Below are positions 59,537 to 64,000 of a stretch of DNA of 64,000 nt, piece by piece; the first letter of the stretch is position 1; every line of letters begins with the position of its first letter. The notes beneath the pieces were generated by a model. It made no database searches. It had not been told where the DNA came from and saw only the letters and a program-made list of their open reading frames with translations. Origin of the DNA: Gammaproteobacteria bacterium (lineage in GTDB: Bacteria > Pseudomonadota > Gammaproteobacteria > Steroidobacterales > GCA-2729495); NCBI GenBank assembly GCA_965221985.1, contig OZ244928.1, positions 535,198-599,197 on the forward strand, in the 5' to 3' direction. Made by a program: the position numbers and the translations under genes.

Positions 59537-60991
59537 TCACTCGGCGCCAAATTTTCTTTTAAGAAGATCTAATCGACGATACATTTCGTCACTCGCAAAG
59601 CCGAGGTCCACGATCGCATCGAGTCGATTCCGGGCCGAGGCGCCGTAATAAAATGATGAATAGGCTGCTAGCCGCTCAAGTTCTTCGAGGCTCGCTGCCA
59701 ATGCCCAGTTTTCGAACATCTCACCCGGAGCCAGATAATCAAAACGCGAGGAAGGCGCGAGAAACGGCTCGGTCGTATCGAGCCGTTTCTTCTCCATAAT
59801 TTGCATTGTGAGCTGGTTTAACGCTTGTACCGCTATTAAGCGGGCACCAAATGCTGCGGCTATACGGGCCAGAGTCGCGAGTCTCAGACCCGACGGCTCG
59901 CGCTGACACACGCGCTGCATTATGCCGAGACTGCGCTCCAGTGCCGCGAACCGTGTTGCAGTATCAGTCGCCTCATCCCGACTAAGTGCGAATAGAGACA
60001 ATGCCTGTAGAACCTGATCGCTGCTACCCCCTGCGGCTGCGTTCATCCACGAATCGCCCAAGAGTTTTCCATAGGCCGTCGAAAACAACATTGCCTCCCA
60101 TCCAGAAACATCGCCTCCGTCCCCACCAAACTCATTGGCAATAGAATCCAAGCGAGAATTCTCGGAAAGCTGGGCTGCGGTTACCAGGAGCTGGCGACTG
60201 GCGAGCCCCTCAGCCATGTCGGCTTTGCAACAAAACAGGTTCAGCAGATACTCATCTGCTTGCTTATTGCGCTCAAACGGCACCAGGAGATCGATACCAG
60301 GAACCAAACGATAAGATGAGTAGCCGATTACCGAGAATGTCTCTACTAGATCACTTACTTGATCATTTTGCAGGCTCTCCTCGGCCTTGACTTCATACTG
60401 CACCAACGGCGATTCTTCCTCGAAAAATCGGCGCCCTCCCTCTACAATTTTCTTCTCCGCGCCCTCTGCGTCAATTTTTACAAAGGCGATATTGCCCCAG
60501 TCCCACTTGGCATAGCACTCGTCGAGCGTGCGAACTTTTACCGTTTCGGATCTTACGGCGGAGCCCTTCGAGTCTACCAAGGCATTAAGTTCTGAATTTT
60601 CGTGAGTTTGTAGCTGTGCCGTGCCACTCTGGTCTGACAGTGCGCGTCGAATCACAGTAACGTGCTCGAAGTCGTTTTCTGCAATACTGCGGGCCAAATA
60701 ATCTGCTGTAGATGAAGTTGGCTCAAATGCCAGGACGCGACCGCTCGGACCTACCGCCTTTGCCATAGACATGGCATACACGCCATAGTTTGCCCCAATA
60801 TCGATTACGCATTGCCCCGACGTCAACAAGTGACGAAGAAACTTGACTTCGTCTTCAAACCAGTCACCTTGCTCTTCGAGGACGTACGGCGTTATCAGGT
60901 CAAGCGAATCCGGTACTACTACTTTCGCCCCGTCTGTGAGCGTGCAAATCTTTACGCTACTCGCTTCCCTCTGATCTCCGATTGGCATCAA
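59537..60991 (-). CDS. FkbM-family methyltransferase with a large C-terminal domain
   Basis: VIDIGANYGVYAMSMAKAVGPSGRVLAFEP is the FkbM motif. Confidence 0.75.
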   Translation of the reverse strand: MMPIGDQREASSVKICTLTDGAKVVVPDSLDLITPYVLEEQGDWFEDEVKFLRHLLTSGQCVIDIGANYGVYAMSMAKAVGPSGRVLAFEPTSSTADYLARSIAENDFEHVTVIRRALSDQSGTAQLQTHENSELNALVDSKGSAVRSETVKVRTLDECYAKWDWGNIAFVKIDAEGAEKKIVEGGRRFFEEESPLVQYEVKAEESLQNDQVSDLVETFSVIGYSSYRLVPGIDLLVPFERNKQADEYLLNLFCCKADMAEGLASRQLLVTAAQLSENSRLDSIANEFGGDGGDVSGWEAMLFSTAYGKLLGDSWMNAAAGGSSDQVLQALSLFALSRDEATDTATRFAALERSLGIMQRVCQREPSGLRLATLARIAAAFGARLIAVQALNQLTMQIMEKKRLDTTEPFLAPSSRFDYLAPGEMFENWALAASLEELERLAAYSSFYYGASARNRLDAIVDLGFASDEMYRRLDLLKRKFGAE

Positions 60992-61608
60992 GCAGATCCT
61001 GAAACTGGCAGCTGATAGTCGAAATACTCAAGATCTTTGCTAAATATCTGGTCCAGTAGTCTGAGCGCTTCCGTACCTATGACATGATTAGGAAGCACGC
61101 TTGGAGACCTCTCGTGATGCGCCAAGGACATAGATGGAAGGCCGAGCGTCTGAGATATTTTCGCAAACACTACATCGAGCTCTTCAAATTTGCCAATGTA
61201 GTCTAGCTCTTCATCGAGCATATTCAGATACACGGCATTTGGCAGGGAGGCCGTACTTTCGACGCTAGTATTGAAACGATGATCATGCTCGACCGTAATT
61301 GGATACCCGAACTTCTGCATGTAGCCTCGCAAAAAATCAGTATAGGTTTTGACAGCTTGCAAGTTATCAACAAAGTACGCTGAATATTTCAGAGCCGAAA
61401 GCATTCGCGTGAACGGGTCACGAACGATGCTGAACTTGAAGTAAGAATCCCAGTAATCTTTATAAAGACTGCGCGCCTGACTTGCGATCAAGTGTTTGGT
61501 AGCTGGCTCTATACTCCACCAATCCTGGCCACAAATTGCATGCTCAATACTCGTTCCTGCGGTCCGTGGGATGTGAATATAGATGCATTTAAACTGGTGG
61601 GAGATCAT
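60988..61608 (-). CDS. Sulfotransferase family protein
   Basis: IHIPRTAGTSIEHAI is a PAPS-binding 5'-PSB-like loop, as in Sulfotransfer_2/3 proteins. Confidence 0.55.
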   Translation of the reverse strand: MISHQFKCIYIHIPRTAGTSIEHAICGQDWWSIEPATKHLIASQARSLYKDYWDSYFKFSIVRDPFTRMLSALKYSAYFVDNLQAVKTYTDFLRGYMQKFGYPITVEHDHRFNTSVESTASLPNAVYLNMLDEELDYIGKFEELDVVFAKISQTLGLPSMSLAHHERSPSVLPNHVIGTEALRLLDQIFSKDLEYFDYQLPVSGSA

Positions 61609-61865
61609 TGTCGATGAAAAAATACGGCCCGGTAGACCGCAATATTAGCAGTTTGCGACTATTTGACGAATGCGTATAGATCGGAGAGCGACGCCAGAAT
61701 AGCATTGGATAGAGAGTCACGACACAAGCCCGGCCGGCAGTGGAATTGCCCCATACGATGTATCTAAGTGGAGTAATCCGACACGCTGCGGTAGAAGCTG
61801 TGTATATCTAAGGGCAAGGGGAGATTGCTATAATCTATCAATGGTAAAAATAAAGAGACGCTCTC

Positions 61866-62162
61866 TTGCAGAATCAAGACCCGCCACAAGATCAAGTATT
61901 GGCTCTCATCGACTCCTATAATCAGGCAAGATTCCAGCAAGCATTGAACAAGGCTGCGGAACTACTGCAAAAATTCCCTAATTTATTCCCTAATTCTTTC
62001 ATTCTTTATAGTCTTCTCGGTGGTGCGAATGAAAATTTGGGACAACTCGATGCCGCCATAGACAGCTACAAGCAGGCTCTCAAAATTAGACCTGACTATG
62101 CCGAGGGCTACTACATTATAGGTAACCATCATTCTATACAAAACAAGTGGCAGTCAAATTAG
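61866..62162 (+). CDS. TPR-repeat protein (short, possibly a fragment)
   Basis: AIDSYKQALKIRPDYAEGYYIIGN is a TPR motif. Confidence 0.35.
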   Translation: MQNQDPPQDQVLALIDSYNQARFQQALNKAAELLQKFPNLFPNSFILYSLLGGANENLGQLDAAIDSYKQALKIRPDYAEGYYIIGNHHSIQNKWQSN

Positions 62163-62220
62163 TGGGCATTTGACTGGCAAGCAACCTATTTGCAGACGAG
62201 CTTTTACAAGGAAACCCAAT

Positions 62221-63201
62221 CTACGAGACACGTCGAAGAATCGAGTCTTGCGAGCAGGTCACATTTCTTCCAAAGTAGTCACAGTAATAGGTATCAACCC
62301 TATAGCTTTCTGGATAATCGCCAATAAAACGTGCGATTTCATCCGATTTGTCTTCCCAATCCTCAACTATCAGATAATCGTTCACTGAAATATGGCGATG
62401 CAGGTGGCTTAATACACCGTGAACATTGATATGAGCATCCTCTACGACCAACCAAGGATGCGGCAGCTTAACAAGCAGCTCATCGGTAAACACATCCTGT
62501 ACGAAATTGCAGTCGCCGACCAAGAAATTCACGTCTTCGGATTTCATTCGTGGTGAGTTGATGTCCAGCGAGAATATTTCGCAATCGATGGCGAATGCCT
62601 TTGCGAGATCTGCCATCCAGACGGCACTGGCTCCATTTCCAGAGCCGATCTCAATGATCGTTCGCGGCTTCAGCTCCCAAATAAGCATTTGGTAGATAGC
62701 CATATCAAACGCTGTCTTGTAAAGGTTTTCGCCCTTCCAAGAAACGCAATCGAAGCGCCCCTGACTCATTGCAAAAGACCTGTGTCTTTCATGTTCGGTA
62801 AGAAAACCGACATCAGTCGTATCAAACACTGACTTCACAACTTTTTGGCGCTCATCATATGGAATAAAGCGCCCGCGATCGTAATCCACTATCTGAGCCA
62901 CTAGGCGCTCGACATCCCATCGAGAAATAACTTTCGTCAGAGAGTCAATGATGCTGCCGAGATCTGCATCCGGAGCCATCGCAGACATACTTGCTTGAGT
63001 AAGGGCGAACGCGGCCTTTAGCTCCTGATCTCTAAACGTTGGGATATTCTGCTGTCCATCCAACTTCGATTGCCAGGCAGAGAGAAATTCATCAAATGCG
63101 CCCCGAAGCGTCGGGCCATCAATATAGTATTTGTTGCTGCTCATACAAGATTCCAGATTTCTGTTTTCAGATTCAAAATTCCAAATTCTGCATTTTTTCA
63201 C
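62221..63201 (-). CDS. CmcI/TylF-like class I SAM-dependent O-methyltransferase
   Basis: IIEIGSGNGASAVWMADL..LDIN..FLVGDCNFVQ..WLVVEDAHINVHG is the CmcI-family pattern. Confidence 0.6.
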   Translation of the reverse strand: MKKCRIWNFESENRNLESCMSSNKYYIDGPTLRGAFDEFLSAWQSKLDGQQNIPTFRDQELKAAFALTQASMSAMAPDADLGSIIDSLTKVISRWDVERLVAQIVDYDRGRFIPYDERQKVVKSVFDTTDVGFLTEHERHRSFAMSQGRFDCVSWKGENLYKTAFDMAIYQMLIWELKPRTIIEIGSGNGASAVWMADLAKAFAIDCEIFSLDINSPRMKSEDVNFLVGDCNFVQDVFTDELLVKLPHPWLVVEDAHINVHGVLSHLHRHISVNDYLIVEDWEDKSDEIARFIGDYPESYRVDTYYCDYFGRNVTCSQDSILRRVS

Positions 63202-63419
63202 GCGCTCTCATCAATGAGGGATTGGATTGTAGCGGCCAATGGGCTGTCTAGAGATATCCGCATTGTTTGGCCCCACTATATCCAACCAGCCATTTAAGCG
63301 CGATATTGAAACAAGCCAATGTATCTACTTTGCATGGGTGGCAGAGGACGACTGGTTAAATTCTTATAGCCAAGTGCGGTCTAGTATACTGGCAAAGTGT
63401 TTATGCGGGTGTCAGAACG

Positions 63420-64000
63420 ATGGATTTTATCTATGTACGGAAGAACGCTATTCCAGATGATTTTTGCGATGATCTTATAGAAATTTTTGAGGGCCATGCC
63501 GGAGTAAATGCTGGGATAAGTAGCGACGGGGTGAATCTGAAGAAAAAGCGCAGTCGCGATTTGACATTGGAAAGATTCGACGACCTAAAAGAAGTCCGCC
63601 AGAAACTACTCGACTTCTCACTCGATCATCTCACCGACTATTTTATCAAGTATCCATACGTAGGCAGCATGAATCCCACTCTTAGAAGTAGTGATACGGG
63701 AAAAGAAACCGAGATAACAATTGATAACATCTCAAGCATCAATCGAGATGTTTCGAAGATGCTTGTTCAACGCCTATTCAGATCTGGCACTATCAATATA
63801 CAAAAATATGATGCTCGTATTGGCGGCTACCCTCATTGGCATTCGGAGATTTATCCAGATTCAGAATTTGAAGGGCTACATCGAATAGTTTTTTGGATGT
63901 ACTACTTGAATGATGTAGAAGAGGGAGGCGAAACAGAGTTCTATTTCCAGCAAGAATCCTTCCGGCCAACTAAGGGCACGATGCTTATTGCACCCGCTGG
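63420..64000 (+). CDS. Putative 2OG-Fe(II) oxygenase superfamily protein (partial, runs off the window end)
   Basis: My translation from ATG 63420 gives MDFIYVRKNAIPDDFCDDLIEIFEG...RIGGYPHWHSEIYPD...GGETEFYFQQ..KGTMLIAPA. The HxE and GG.TEF pattern is reminiscent of PhyH/2OG-FeII_Oxy_5. There is no stop within the window. Confidence 0.4.
   Translation, partial: MDFIYVRKNAIPDDFCDDLIEIFEGHAGVNAGISSDGVNLKKKRSRDLTLERFDDLKEVRQKLLDFSLDHLTDYFIKYPYVGSMNPTLRSSDTGKETEITIDNISSINRDVSKMLVQRLFRSGTINIQKYDARIGGYPHWHSEIYPDSEFEGLHRIVFWMYYLNDVEEGGETEFYFQQESFRPTKGTMLIAPA

Overview
A roughly 58% GC gammaproteobacterial-type chromosome segment containing conserved core genes and at least two accessory regions. 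Coordinates I derived by hand (tRNAs, repeats, alternative starts) may be off by 1-2 nt. The six-frame track appears to accept GTG and TTG as start codons.

Core blocks:
- 1-21.7 kb: three TonB-dependent receptors, a divergently arranged RDD / SpoIIM-like / DUF58 / MoxR / DUF4350-like / DUF4129-like cluster, an amidase with TetR, MFS and SDR genes, an FG-GAP protein carrying a CXXCH motif, and an LLM oxidoreductase.
- 41.7-52.9 kb: egtB-egtD, yggX, mutY, asmA, a REC-GGDEF-EAL protein, a PAS histidine kinase and a response regulator.

Accessory regions:
- 21.7-27.1 kb is lower GC and decayed. It holds restriction-enzyme gene remnants between 36-bp direct repeats, a CoiA-like gene, and a DUF222-HNH gene behind a textbook sigma70 promoter with a LexA box.
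- 27.08-41.66 kb is a genomic island inserted at tRNA-Phe(GAA), bounded by 54-bp direct repeats of the tRNA 3' end. A tyrosine integrase sits next to the intact tRNA, and a degenerate internal copy of the att and island-end sequence lies at about 36.5 kb.
- The island carries the most striking feature of the window: an array of 29 tRNA genes in two blocks. Most encode CCA, and together they cover all 20 amino acids. The array is interleaved with an SPFH/band-7 protein, an HNH endonuclease, an RtcB RNA ligase and an unknown protein.
- Several array tRNAs are non-canonical: C33 instead of U33, acceptor-stem mismatches, and four Leu-anticodon tRNAs that lack the long variable arm.
- 53.1-64 kb is a low-GC glycan/secondary-metabolite-type modification island beside tRNA-Gly(CCC). 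It has a GT4 glycosyltransferase, four SAM methyltransferases including FkbM-type and CmcI/TylF-type, a sulfotransferase, a 2OG-oxygenase-like gene, and an intact IS481-family IS.

No CRISPR array or rRNA was seen.
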